A DNA stretch of 64,000 bases from Squalus acanthias (lineage: Eukaryota): assembly GCA_030390025.1 (NCBI GenBank), contig CM059449.1, forward strand, positions 35,030,001 through 35,094,000, in the 5' to 3' direction. The position numbers and the translations under genes were made by a program. This document shows, piece after piece, positions 49,768-62,600 of the stretch. Each line of letters begins with the position of its first letter. Positions within the stretch are counted from its first letter, which is position 1. Below the pieces are notes generated by a model. The model did not search any database and had not been told where the DNA came from. It saw only the letters and a program-made list of their open reading frames with translations.

Positions 49768-51270
49768 TTTCAAATAAAACTGTTGGACTATAACCTGGTG
49801 TTGTGCGACCTCTCAATTTTGAACTTGTTCTCACATAGAACAACTTATCCTTTGACTCCACTCAATTCCTCCAAATTAAAGTTGTTGATATGGGACCCGA
49901 ATGGGCCCTATCTATGCCTGCCCCTTCGTGGGATATGTGGAACATTATTTGTTCCAGTCCTAATCAGGTCCCCTCGCTCATCTCTTTTTCTGTTACATTG
50001 ATGACTGTATTGGTGCAGTTTCCTGCTCTCGCCCAGAATTAGAACATTTCATACAGTTTGCTACCAATTTTCACCCTTCCTTCACCTTCACATAATCCAT
50101 CTCCGAGTTCCCTGCACTTCATTGACATCTTCGTCTCCATTTCTGGGGATACGCTATCGAGAAACATCCACTATAAGCCCACTGACACCCACAACTACCT
50201 GGACTACACTTCCTCCCACCCCGCTCCCTGTAAGGAGTCCATACCGTTCTCTCAGTGTCTCCGTCTCCACCGCATCTATTCAGACGATGCCACCTTCCAC
50301 ATTAGTGCCACCGATGTGTCTTCCTTTCTCCTCAACCGAGGGTTACCCCTCTACCGTGGTTGACATGGCCCTCGACTGCGTCCATTCCATTTCACGCACT
50401 TCTGCTCTCATCCCTTCCCCTCCCTTCCAGAACGACGATAGGGTTACCCTCGTCCTCACCTTTCACCCCACCAGGCTCCACTTTGAACAGACTATCCACT
50501 TTCCCCACCCCTCCCCTTTCAGCATTCCAAAGGGACCGTTCTCTGCGCGACACCCTGGTCCACTCTTCTATCACCCCCAACACCCCTTCCCCTTACCACT
50601 GCAAATTCCCGTGCAACCGCAGGAGATGCAGAAACTGCCATTTCACCTCCTCCCTTTCCACTGTCCAGGGCCCCAAACACTCCATCCAGGTGAAACAGCG
50701 ATTTACTTATACTTCTTGCAATTTAGTACACTGTATTCGCTGCTCACGATGCGGTCTCTAAATTGATGAGAAGAAACGAAGATTGGGTGACCGCTTTGCA
50801 GAATGCCTCCATTCAGTCCATACGTGTGACCCTGAGTTTCTGGTCGCCTGTTACTTAAAATCTCCACTCCGCTCCCACTTTGACCTCTCCGTCCTCGACC
50901 TCTTACACTGTTCCAACGAAGCTCAACGTAATCTCGAGGGACAGCACCTCATCTTTCGATTAGGCATTTTCTGCTTTCTGGTCTCAACATCGATTTCAAC
51001 AATTTCAGACTATAACGTCGGCCCCCATGTTTTCTTTTCTCTCTCACATGGCAGCTGCTGACGATTCTGCCATTGTCATTTACATCTCATCAGAGTCATC
51101 TTTTGTTTCTTAACTTGTCCCATTAGCATCTTCTGTTGCCTTGCACATCATCCCTTTTGTCTTTCAATCTCCCCTGCCTTCCACCCTATCACAGACATTT
51201 CCTTTTTGTTCTTTCCTCCCCTCCTTCCTTTCCCTGCCCCACACTTGCTGAAATATCTGTTACTGTTTCC

Positions 51271-51307
51271 AGTCCTGACGAAGGGTCATCGACGTGAAAC
51301 GTTAACT
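51271..51307 (+). ncRNA. Degenerate hammerhead motif of the older PLE (inverted copy at 46312-46348)
   Basis: AGTC-CTGACGA-A-GGGTC ATC GACGT-GAAA-CGTT-AACT. Confidence 0.6.
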
Positions 51308-51510
51308 CTACTTCTCCATCCACTATGCTGCCTGACCTGCTGAATGTTTCCAGCATTTCCTGTTGTTGTTTAATATTACATACAGTCTGACATCTAATAT
51401 AGAGACCAGATTGCAGCTCCCATCGCCTTCGGAGATTTCTGTGTGTACAGGTGAAGTGAACAACTGATGTGAGGTTCGGACGGATGTAATTGCATTTTAG
51501 TTCTGTGAAG

Positions 51511-52424
51511 TCATTTAAATAATTTGATTAAATTAGTAAATATAGAAATGGGGCTCGTAATCAGATTCTTCAATTCCTCTCTGAATTTACTCTGGGACAC
51601 GGCATAAATAATCGTGTTTGTGCATGAACTCAAATTTCCAAGCATATACCCACACTGTTCCATAATGGCGAATGAGTTGTGGTAATTTGTTTCCAAAACT
51701 TGAACATCTGTAAATTGCACACATAAGTAAAATATGAAAATTACCATCCATAAAAGTATAAAATTGCCTGATATGGCGAACAGTAAAATTATGGATCTTC
51801 TTCGGTTCTCTATCTCTGTATCGTTGTGATTATCCCCACTTTTGTTACCTTGGAGTCCTGTCCTCACTCTATTGGCCAGTAGAATGTGCCTGGCGGTCAG
51901 GGCATTGAGCAGTAAAATCAAGACAAATGGTGCAAAGGGGATTAATATGTTTTCCAACCACAAATATGCTGCCCATAGGGGTGAGGTGTAGAAGCTTGAT
52001 TTCACAGAGCAGTACCATGGTACATTGTCAATTATTTCCCGAGGTTCAAATAAAAAGTAGAATGAAACATTTTGTAAACCGCTTAAGGAACACACCACTG
52101 CTATAACCACAGCCGCAGTCCTTTCGGTGCAATATTTTGTACGCAAACTTTGGCAGCAAATAGCAACAAATCGATCAAAGGTGAAAGCCACAGTTAACCA
52201 GACAGAGCAATCAATGGAAAAAAAATGCAGGGCGATATCGAGACTACAAATAGGAGTATAGTTCATGAATGAAAAAGGGAAATAAGCATCTTTAATATGT
52301 GAGAGAATTACACCAATTATCATTATCAGGAGATCAACCACTGCCATGGCCACCAGGTAACGGGTGATGCATTTGGAGAGACCGCATTTTCCACGGGAGA
52401 GAATCACAATTGTCATCAAATTAG
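51511..52424 (-). CDS. GPR139/GPR142-like class A GPCR, exon 2 (intact; 327 aa with exon 1)
   Basis: Acceptor TTGCAG| gives A-NLMTIVILSRGKCGLSKCITRYLVAMAVVDL...SVWLTVAFTFDRFVAICC...FVLILLLNALT...RRRSIILL...SCTNTIIYAVSQSKFR, a 7TM pattern. Exons total 70+914=984 nt. Confidence 0.92.
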
Positions 52425-55400
52425 CTGCAAAAAGGAGGAAATGTCATTACTACATCTCCTGATATTGAGAGGAAGATCAGTCGACAGTGCTTTGTCTGAA
52501 AATCCATGATCATTTTCTGTCACTCCACAGTGTATCCCTATCTTACTCCAACACCATCGGACAAGATTAGCAATTCTGACAGGATACATTGCTATATCGA
52601 TACACACCACAACATTATTCTGTGAGTTACTTTAAAAAAACGAAAATCTGCTGTGAAACTCGCGGGTATATTTCAGCTTTCACAGGGCCGAATCTTGCCT
52701 GGCGCCCGTAATAGCATCTGCCTGATTTTAATTTCAATTGACTTCATCAGAAAGGAATCTCAGGCTGGGTACAAGGAGGGCGACCGACTTGCTCATCCCT
52801 GACACTCCATACACATCGTCGTGGTTAAGTTTCCAACTGTCTTTCCTTCCTTAAAACCAACATTGCGGATCCACTAGTCGACAATAATAGGCGACAGAAC
52901 CGCAACGCCAGTTGTAAGCCAAACGTCATGTTGAAAATGTGCCCCAACATCTCATCAATTAAAGCCTCCTAAATAATCATGCAATAGAGGATTCACTGTG
53001 ATAACATGATTCTGACTGCAATATTCCATCGCTCTGGTTTCTGGAAGCAGGTGAACATTACTCTAAGGGGTTGATCACGTGCTTTTCTCAGGAAATAAAA
53101 AAACAAATTACGATTTCTCAGCGATACATTGATCATGTGCACCATATAGCAGCAAACATTTCATTCTGGATTGTGCCTTAACTAAGTACCCCTAGAGTCG
53201 CACACATCCCAGCAGCCGGTTAAATGGTGGAGTTACATGGGGTCCAAGCATGGGCGGAGGGAACTTTGGAGATATATCAGAGATGTGTCTGGTAAAACAA
53301 TAAAATCGCAGTTATTATTAGAAACTTGGCTGCTGGTATGGATCTGACAGGGCCATTTAGAAATGCATTTGAAATGTAGTTTTTCAATAACGTGGATGGC
53401 TATTAATATAAACGGGAGGCTCTGAATAGAAAAGCTGTTCTTTGCAAACAAGAGCTTGTTCGTATTGGGCGGTAATGCGCATGATATTCACTTTCTTAGA
53501 CCAATAGAGCCTAATATCGGGAGGGGCATCACGTACGATACAGAACAAGAATTTCTACACGTAGACAATGGTGGCTGCCTGAGTAACCTCCTTAAATCAT
53601 TGCTCAGCTATTTATCCCTTATGCATTTCAAACTGTTTCTTTTAAATCAGGTATAATTATTGACCCCGTTTGACAACATGAAAACTGTTCTTAGGCCTCC
53701 ACCCTGAGCCGAATAATATAAAATGCATTAGCTCTTGTATCAGGTCCAAATCCCTGTTAAGAGTGGATATTTAAGCTTTGGGATAGGTGGCGTTTACAAA
53801 CATGGAATTGAAAACTCCTGTAACCATAATGACAACCCATATAACAACCATATCACAATTTAACTATTCACTGTTGGGGCTTGATGTGCAACACAATATT
53901 AGTATTGCCTCTAGTTTCTGTGAAAACAGTATGTTTTAAATCTATCAACAGATGGATTAAAGTATATTATTGAGTGGTATTAATTATCTCCTGGTTTATG
54001 AGACGGGATTAAAGGACCAGTAACAAAGAAAATTATTTTCACCATAACCTCCTGGCCGAGAATCTGAAGAACGGGTGGCCTGAAGCCTGCCGCCCTTTCA
54101 TCCCACTGCTGAATCTCCCCTTCAGAGCTGTGTCTTCAGCGACACTTTTGGGGAGAATTTCTGGGAGGAATCCGCTGATCTCCTGTGGTAAGTTCAAACC
54201 TTTAAATCATTCCTCCCGGTTATTCAGGATCTTCTATCAAAGGTTTGATGGAAAATCGGGAGAAGTCCCGCGAAATTTCTATTCCTGACACTCTATTGCT
54301 ACTATGCAAATAAAACTTGGGGTAGATTGTAGTCTTAACCGCCTGGGCATTAACCATCGCCTGAATTTTTGTGGGTAGAAATTGGCCTTGGGCCGTACCC
54401 GTAAACGGAATCTATTGCATGGGGCGCCTGTTATACGCTTCGCTTTATAATCAGTTCTGTTTAAGTTAATGGAACTGAACATCGGGCGTGGAGCGAGAGG
54501 CAGACACGATACAACCGTTCTACCCCTACATGTAGAAAGGGAAATCTGACGGCTATTATTACGGGTAGTAACAGAATTCACCGGATTTTTTTTCCATTGA
54601 CAGTGATGGACGTCGATCTGCTGTTCTGTTAGGGAAGCGATAACATCCGGAGTATTTTCCTTTCCGTGCCTACCTCAGATGATGCAGAAAGTCCCGGACA
54701 TAAAGATTACAATCTATCCCATATTTTCTGGAGAAATCATCAGGTGCAGCAACTTGGCATTAGAATTACAACACCACAGCATTAGTTGGACTCGCTTTAG
54801 TATCGCTTGACTGACATCATTTGCGGAGTCACAGTAATAATTGGCTCCAGCTGAATGCAGGGCGGGTTTTCGCTCCGAGTGTCAGCCGTTCGTTAGGTTT
54901 GCAATTGGTCATAGACTTTCTGTGGGGTTTTGCACTGGAAGTTCCTGTCAGCCAATAATCAATAAAGCGCAGCGCCCTCTACATGGCCTCTGGGACCTGT
55001 GTGAACAGGACGAGCAACTGTGTATCTTTTAACCAAACAGATTGAAGAATAATTTCTGAGCAGCGCAATGTCTGAACCAGGAAGTGTGCGATAGTATTCA
55101 ATTTCAAACCAGGTACAGAAGCGAAACAAAGAAAGGGAAACAAAGATTGGATTAAGAGAGAGAGAGAGAGAGAGTCCGAAAAGAAACAGAAAGCAAAAGT
55201 TAAAAAAATCTTTACTCTCCAACAATATTTAATAGCTAAAGAAATGAGACTCCACACTTTCAAATTTAGCTTTCCGAGCCAGAGACGTTGTTTGACAGTA
55301 ATTAGGACATGCCACGCCTTTAAAGGGGCACTTACACTGGTAGGGACAAGCGGTGCCTGTTCCTGGAGAGTTTAGTCCGTATCTATGGGGCAAGTACAGT

Positions 55401-56137
55401 AACTTCGCACAGTTGAATACATTTCATTGGTGATTCAGACGGCGAGATGACGTTTTCGGTTAGCTCTTGGAGGAGCGGAGCATCTCGGACAGCAACTTCC
55501 GGATATCAGCGTTTAACTGCGCACGTGTGGTCGCCAGATTTGCTGTCCAATTTGCACACAAATAACGGGGATTGCTATTATCCTCACAATCTTTTCGCAA
55601 CAAAATACAACTCATTTTAATATATCACACAGTCTCAGAATCTGCAGGAATTCGCTATAAGCACAAATTTTGCGACTACTTTCCAGCAGGCAATGACCTA
55701 GCGCGGCATCAACATATAGCGGCCATTTATTTATCAAGTACGTACAGCATCCTCACGCCATTCAATGTATTTGAAAGGCGAGTCTCTAGGCGAGAGATTA
55801 TAATTGCGCAGCCTTTGTAGCAGCAGGGCATCATGGACAGCAACTCCCTGATTTCCGCGCTTAACTGCACACGTGTGGTCACTGGAATTTTCTGTCGGAG
55901 TTCACTATAATACGATGAGCGCTGCTAGCGTCACCATTATTACTGCCGCAAATTCCAGCCCAAGAGGAAGATGGCAGAAACTTGGAGCATTTTATTTTAT
56001 TTCTTTGATGGCAGTAATCAATGCCCGCAAAACAAGCACATCAAAACAAAGAGATGATATTATTAGATCGACTGCAGCAGCAGTGATACAGTTCAACAAT
56101 GTTAAAGATGAACACTATCTGATTATAAGCGTCTTAC

Positions 56138-56207
56138 CAGGAACACCAATCACTGCAAGAATAGGGTAATAAATGCTTTCTATCTGTATAATTACCGGCT
56201 GTCCCAT
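56138..56207 (-). CDS. GPR139-like GPCR exon 1 (MGQPVIIQIESIYYPILAVIGVP)
   Basis: ATG at 56207 and donor CCTG|GTAAG; the phase-1 join gives TM1 IGVPANL. Confidence 0.88.
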
Positions 56208-56365
56208 TTTCGGAGAGAAGCGAGCTTGTCTTTTCGTGTTATGGACACGCAGAAATTCTGTTTTCAAAACAAGGTCGTATTTATACCTGAGAGAAACCTC
56301 AGGTGACACAAGACCATTACATAATGATTGACATTAGCTGCAGTCATTTGAACAAACAGATTAAG
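56208..56365 (-). promoter_or_regulatory. GPCR promoter with TATAAATA ~75 bp upstream of the ATG
   Basis: Conserved with 43280-43437. Confidence 0.7.
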
Positions 56366-56839
56366 ACAAATTGGGTTGACTCCTATTGGCCAGGGAGTAG
56401 GACACCTTGCAATGATATTGCCCAGTGAAAGTGTAAGGAGGCCAGGATAATAATCTCATCATTCGTTCCAAACAGAATATTTCGCCATCTCCACTTCTAC
56501 ACTCATGGTACCAATCTCTTTAAATTGAGTATATTAATTTATAGCTTCATACAAGGGGATTTGAAGTTTTAAATGCACACATTTGTGGCATATTAGCTTC
56601 ATCTAGATGTTAACTCCAGCAAGATTTGTCTTGGTCTGCTTTAACTTATATTAAATCTAATTTACATTCAGGGGCTCCTGTGGTGCACGTGTGATCGAAG
56701 AACATTTACATATAAACACAAAAACTGATATAATCAGCAGCAGGCATCTAATCAGCCCCATAGATATGCAGAGAAGTTGGAATTTTGGAGGTATTAACAG
56801 ACTTTGCACAGAGGTAGAAGAAGTTATAACAGTGAGAAT

Positions 56840-58560
56840 CTTAGAATGATACAACAAGTGCCTGTGCCGGCTCTTTGATAGAGATTTCAAATTAGATTCA
56901 CTCCCCTGCTGTTTCCCCATAGCCCTGCAAAATGCTCCCTTCAATTATTTATCCAATTCACTTCTGAAAATTATTATTGCTTCTGTTTCCACCACCCCTT
57001 CAGTCAGTCTATTCCAGATCATAACAACTCGCTACGATTCCCCCCTGCCCCGCCCCCACCTCATGTCGCCTTTGCTTCTTTTGTTAATTACTGTAAATCT
57101 GTGCATCTGTTTATCGACCGAGCTGCCAGTAGAAACAATTCTATCTTATTTAGTCAAAGAAGTAAACTTTCATGATTTTTAACAGCTTTATCAAATCGCC
57201 CCTTAGGATCTCTGCTCTAAGGAGAACAACCCCGATTCTCGCGTCATCCACGTAACTGAAGTCTTTCATCTCTTAGAACAATTTTAATGAATCTCATCTG
57301 CACCATCTCTGAGACCTTGACAGCTGTACTGAAGGGTGGATCCCAGAATAGGTGACAATACTTCAACTGGGGCCTAACCAGTGTTGTCTAAAGATTCAGC
57401 ATAATTTGCTACTTTGGTGCTCTGTTCCTCTATTTAAAGAATCGTGGGGCCGGTCCGCCTTTTTAACAACCAGCTGTACTGCAAACACTTGTGTTCGTAC
57501 AGCTCCAGGTCTTGCTGTTCCTGCACCGCCTATTAAATTGTACCATTTAGTTTATATTGTCTGTCCTCATTCTTCCTACTAATATGAATCACTTCAAATT
57601 AATCTGAGTTAAATTTAATTTGCCAAGCGTCTACCTATTTCACCAGTCTATCTATGACCTCTTGAAGTCTACTACTATCCACCTCACTGCTTACAACATT
57701 TCCAAGTTTGGTGTCTCTGCAGGGTTTGGAATTATGCCCTGTATGTCCAATTCCAGCTCATAAATAAAAATCGAATCATGTAATGATCACAGCATCGAGC
57801 CTTGGGGGATGCACACGTCCCTCCAGTCGGAAAACAACCGCTTACCCAAACTCTCTGCTTTCTGTCCTTTAACCAATTTCGGATCCACGCAATCATTGTC
57901 CCTTTAATCCCATGTGCTTCATTTCTGCTAATATGCGGTACTTGATCAAAAGCCATTTAAAGTCCATATACACAACAATAACCGCGCTACCTTCATCCAC
58001 TCACTTCATTAAAGAACACAATCAAGTTAGTCAAATATGATTCGCCTTTAACAAATCCGTGCTGGCTTTCATGTATTCATCCATATTTTTCCAAGTGCAG
58101 CTTAATTTTGTCCCGGATTATTGTGTCTAAAACTCCTCTCCACTCCCTCACATCGACGTTAGGCTGACTGGTTTGTGGTTGTTGGTTAATTCCTCTCCTA
58201 TTGTATTGAGCAGGGGTATCACATTTGCCATCTTCCATATCTAAGGATGAAAGGAAGACTGTGGCCAGAGCCTCCACAAATTTCACCCTTCCTTCCCTCA
58301 ACAACCTTCGATGTAACCGATCCGGACCGGGTGACCTTTGTAGTTTGAGGGATGCCAACCTTTTATGTACCTCCTCTTTAACTATTGTTATCGTATCCAA
58401 TTTCTCTACTGCCTCCTACTTTACTGAGACACTGGCGGCATCTTGCTTACTGAAGACATCTGTAAACTAGTCATTTACTAACTCAGCAATGTCCTCTGCC
58501 TCCACAAAAAGATCTCCTTTTTCGTTCCTAATCGGCCCAGCCTTTCTTTTACTAACCTTT
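56840..58560 (-). mobile_element. Decayed CR1 LINE fragment
   Basis: RSPGPD.LH..LL.E, AFDQVPH, WIRNWLKDRKQRV, and the 3' tail. Confidence 0.85.
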
Positions 58561-59679
58561 TACGACATGGGCAGTTTGTCTGCACGAATGTCATTTGCAT
58601 ATATTTTCTAAAACACTTAACCGTACGTGATCATGGGATTTTATTGTGAGCATTCCATTATTCCCGTAGCAGTGCTGCCATCAACTCTGCAGACCTGGCA
58701 GCCTGTCTAAAAATAGATATGTAATCTGCATGGACTTTCTTTTTTTTCCCGTGACTTTGTTTGGAAATAATTTAAGCAGATAGAAAACTAGTTATGCATT
58801 GAAAAGGACAGTCTGGTTGGAATGTTAATACACATTTATTAGAAATCGTTTGATTTAATCTCTGTGAATCTGGAACAAATAAAGAACCTTTTAGGAGAAG
58901 GAGCCGGTGTCTATAAACATTAAAACATTGTCTCTCAGGCCCTGTCGGCTGTCGACCTCCCACTTTGTTGCATTCAGGGGAAACACTCTATCTTGATAAT
59001 ATTCCACTGCACACATCACGTCTCAGGCTTTACTTCGCTTCAGTTCTGACTGGAGACTGAAATCGATACAACAATTAAATATTTAATATCCACCTCCCTC
59101 GCATGTCAAAAGTCTGTGAAATAAATGACTTGAACCAAAATTGTTTTTCCATATCAAACTGTGTAAGAAATTATCCCTCGGTGGGGGGAGGGTCGGGTCG
59201 GTAAACCCCTTCTGGATGATCATAATATTATTTTAAATTTAATTACTCGGTAACTTGCTGTGTCTTCCGGTTTAAATGTATTATTCAGTCTGTAATTGAA
59301 ATCTGACCATTAGATTAGTCCTCATCTGACAACGTGCCATTTTCCCCTTGTCATCAAATTGAGAGGAATGTAATGAACATCCCACGGGATCTCCAGTTGT
59401 AATCTCATAATTGCTCATCCTGGATACACAAAATAGAGCAAGTAATGGTTCAGTCAGAGCAGAAGCGGAAAATCGCAACTCCTTCGATTTCAACTCGCAG
59501 ACGAATTGCGTTTGTTCTGGGAATGGCAGAAAACAGGCTCGGTCGATTTTAACCGCCGCACCTCATTAGCATGTCTCTCTCAGGTTTCCCAAAGTCACCG
59601 CGAAGTGTCAGGCAGGCCGTTAAAATCGGGCTGTAGGAGGCTGCCACCGGGGCCCAGCGAAACAGTCCCAGCACAAGGT

Positions 59680-62600
59680 AAGAACATAAAAACAGAAGAA
59701 ATAGGAAGTGGAGTAGGCCATTTGAGTCTTCGAGCCTGCTCCGCCATTCAACAAGATCTTCTACCTCAACTCCACTTCCCCGCACTATCCCTATATTTCT
59801 TAATTCCCTTAGTTCCCAAAAAATGTATCGACCTCTGTCTTGTATATACTCAACGACTAAGCATCCACAGCTCTCTGGGATAGAGATTTGCAAAGATTCG
59901 CAATCGCTGGAGTGAAGACATTTCTCCTCATCTCAGTCCTAAATGGCCGATCTGTTATTCTGAGACTGTGACACCGTGTTCTAGATTCCCCAGCCAGAGG
60001 AAACATTTTCTCAGCATTAACCCTGTCAAGTCCGTTAGGAATTTATATGTTTCAATTAGATCATCTCTGAATCTTCTAAACTCAAGGGAATATGGGCCTA
60101 ATCTACTCAATCACTCCTCAAAGTACAATACCCTCATCGCAGGAACCAGTCTAGTGAACTTTCGTTGCACTCCCTCTAAGGAAAGTATATAGTTCCTTCG
60201 GTAATGAGACCAGAACTGTAAATAGTACTCCAAGAGTGGCCTCACCAATGCCCTGTATAACTGTAGTAATATTTATTTACACTTATATTCTAATCCCTTT
60301 GTAACAAAAGCTAACATACCATTTGCTTTCCTAATTGCTTGCCGTACCTGCATGCTAACTTTCTGTGATTCATGTACAAGGACACCCAGGTCATTCTGAA
60401 TGCAAACATTTTCCAGTCTCTCACCATTCAAAAAAAATTCTGCTTTTTGTTTTACTTGCCAAAATGGAAAACTTCACATCCCCACATTGCACTCCATGTG
60501 CCATGTTCTTGCCCACTAAGTCAACCTGTCTATATCTCTCTGCAGCCTCTTTGTGTTCTCCTCAAAGCTTACTTTTCCACCTAACCTTGTATCATCAGCA
60601 AGCTTGGATACATTACACTCAGTCTCTTCATCTAAGTCTGTAATATTTATTGTAAATAACTGAGGCCCAAGCAATGATCCTTGCGGTACCCCACTAGTTA
60701 CAGCCTGCCAACCTAAAAAAGTCATGTTTATTCCTACTCTCTGGTTTCTGTCCATTAACCTATCCTCAATCCATGCTAATATATTATCCCCAATACCATG
60801 AGTCCTAATTTTATGTAATAACTTCTTGCGTGGCACCTTATCGAATGCTTTGTGAAAATCCAAATACACGACATCTCTGGTTCCCCCTTTTACATGCTAC
60901 TAGGTACATCATCAAAAAACTCTAACAGATTTCTGAAACACGATTTCCCTCTCATAAAAACATGTTGACTCTGCCTAATCATATTGCGATTTTCTAAGTG
61001 TCCTGTTGCCACGGCCCTTTTAATAGATTCTAGCATTTTGCGTGATACTGATGTCGAAAATTTACCGTTTTTTCTCTTCCACTTTTCTTCAATAGCTGGG
61101 TTGTGTTTGCTGCCTTCCAATCATTGGGGACTGTTGTAGAATCTAGAGAATTCTGGAAGACTAATACCAGTGCAAACATTATCTTTGCAGCTACCTCTTT
61201 TAAAACCCTAGTATCCAGTTCGTCAGGTCCAGGGGATTTGTCGCTACTTAGTCCCATTAATTTCTCCAGTACTATGGGCCGTAATGTACACGTAACACCT
61301 GATTTTACGAGCTTAAGAGTTTTAAAAAACAGAAAAATGAAATTTTGTCAAAAATGTATACATTTAAAATCTTGTTAAATAAGGTAAGTTTATTTTTAGC
61401 CCGTTTAAAACATGTGAATTTAGTTTGCAACAAATTAAATTTTTGTTTTAAATATTTAATTAAATGCAAGTTTAATTAATATTAAATATGTGTATTTTTT
61501 TAATTTATTTGATGTATAGCTGTATTTTTTGCGGTATTTATAATCATGCTTATGGGGTTTCTGTACATACGGACTCCCCATCAGTATGAATGGTGTTTCC
61601 ATTTTGTCATTCATTTTTCCAGCCCACGTAATCCCAGGGATACTCACAAAACGCCTGCACCCCTGGAATACGTGGGTACCCAGAGAGTCTCCGTGTTTCC
61701 CAAGTACCCAGTTACGTGGGCATTTTAATTGTGGATCGGAGGCATTTCCCTGCAGAAGCCTCCGACCACAAATTCAGGGCCTAATTCTTTATTGTACTGA
61801 TTTCTTTAATCACCTCGTCCTCTATAGATGCTTGGTTCCCCCATTATTTCTGGAATGTTTTTGTAACTTCTACCGTGAATAAAGAAACAATATATATTTT
61901 TTAATGTCTCTGACATTTCCTTATTGCTCATTATAATTTCTTCTAAATTCCTCAGGCTTACTAATTTTATTGGCAACATTATAAGTCTCTTCCTTTGATC
62001 TAATATTATCTTTAACTTCTCTTGTTAGCCATGGTTGGACCACTTTATCTGAAGGATTTTTGTGCCTTAAAGGAATACATATTTGTTGTAAATTATGTAT
62101 TAATTCTTTAAATGTTATCCATTGCTTGTCTACCATCATTCCTTTTAATGCAGCTTCCCAATCTGCCTTAGCCAACTCGTCCCTCATACATACGTAGTTT
62201 GCTTTGTTTAGATTTAAGACCCTTGTTTCGGACTTAACTAAGTCACTTTCAAACTCACTATAAAATTCTACAATATTATGGTCACTCTTCCCTAATGGCC
62301 CCTTAACTGTAAGCTTATTAATTAACCCTTTCTCATTGCACACTACTAGATCTAAAATAGCCTGTGCACTAGTTGGTTCCTCAACATACTGATCCAGAAA
62401 AATATCTTGTAAGCATGAACTCGTCCACCACACTATTACTGCAAATTTGGTTTGCCCAGTCTATATGTAGATTAAAGTCCCCCATGATTACTATATTACT
62501 CTTGTTACATGCACCTCTAATTTCCTGATTTATTCCCTGACCTGCATTACAACTATTGTTTGGGGGCCGAAAACAACTCCCACCTTTGTCTTCTGCACCT

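Larger units (their letters stand above)
46612..49820 (+). mobile_element. Young Penelope-like (Neptune-type) retroelement with ~480-bp inverted pLTRs; TSD GAACTTGTTCT
   Basis: 46646-47130 is the reverse complement of 49336-49820. An extra ~34-nt tail is on the left arm. The direct repeat is at 46601-46611 and 49821-49831. Confidence 0.95.
46220..51370 (+). mobile_element. Older decayed Penelope-like element with an inverted pLTR, host of the young PLE
   Basis: RT remnants SLYTSIPHQDGL.ALRFF..LLRLVELV (46380-46611) resume at 49821 as YIDD, YKPTDTHNYL, SIPFSQ.LRLHRI, PCNRRRCRNC and LVHCIRCSRCG. 46250-46353 is the inverted copy of 51266-51370. Confidence 0.85.

Noticed and set aside
46646-49820. 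DNA transposon or DIRS element, because of the long terminal inverted repeats
   Set aside because: The ORF is a PLE RT plus GIY-YIG with no DDE, tyrosine recombinase or RNase H; the inverted arm is a copy of the 3' end.
40676-49820. PLE copies as recombination breakpoints for the exon 1 inversion
   Set aside because: Each PLE retains its own matched TSD pair and colinear host sequence on both sides.
52416-52610. Minus-strand ORF containing AMYPVRIANLV as an alternative GPCR N-terminus
   Set aside because: It is out of frame with exon 2, while the 56138-56207 exon gives a canonical TM1 and is conserved in a paralogue.
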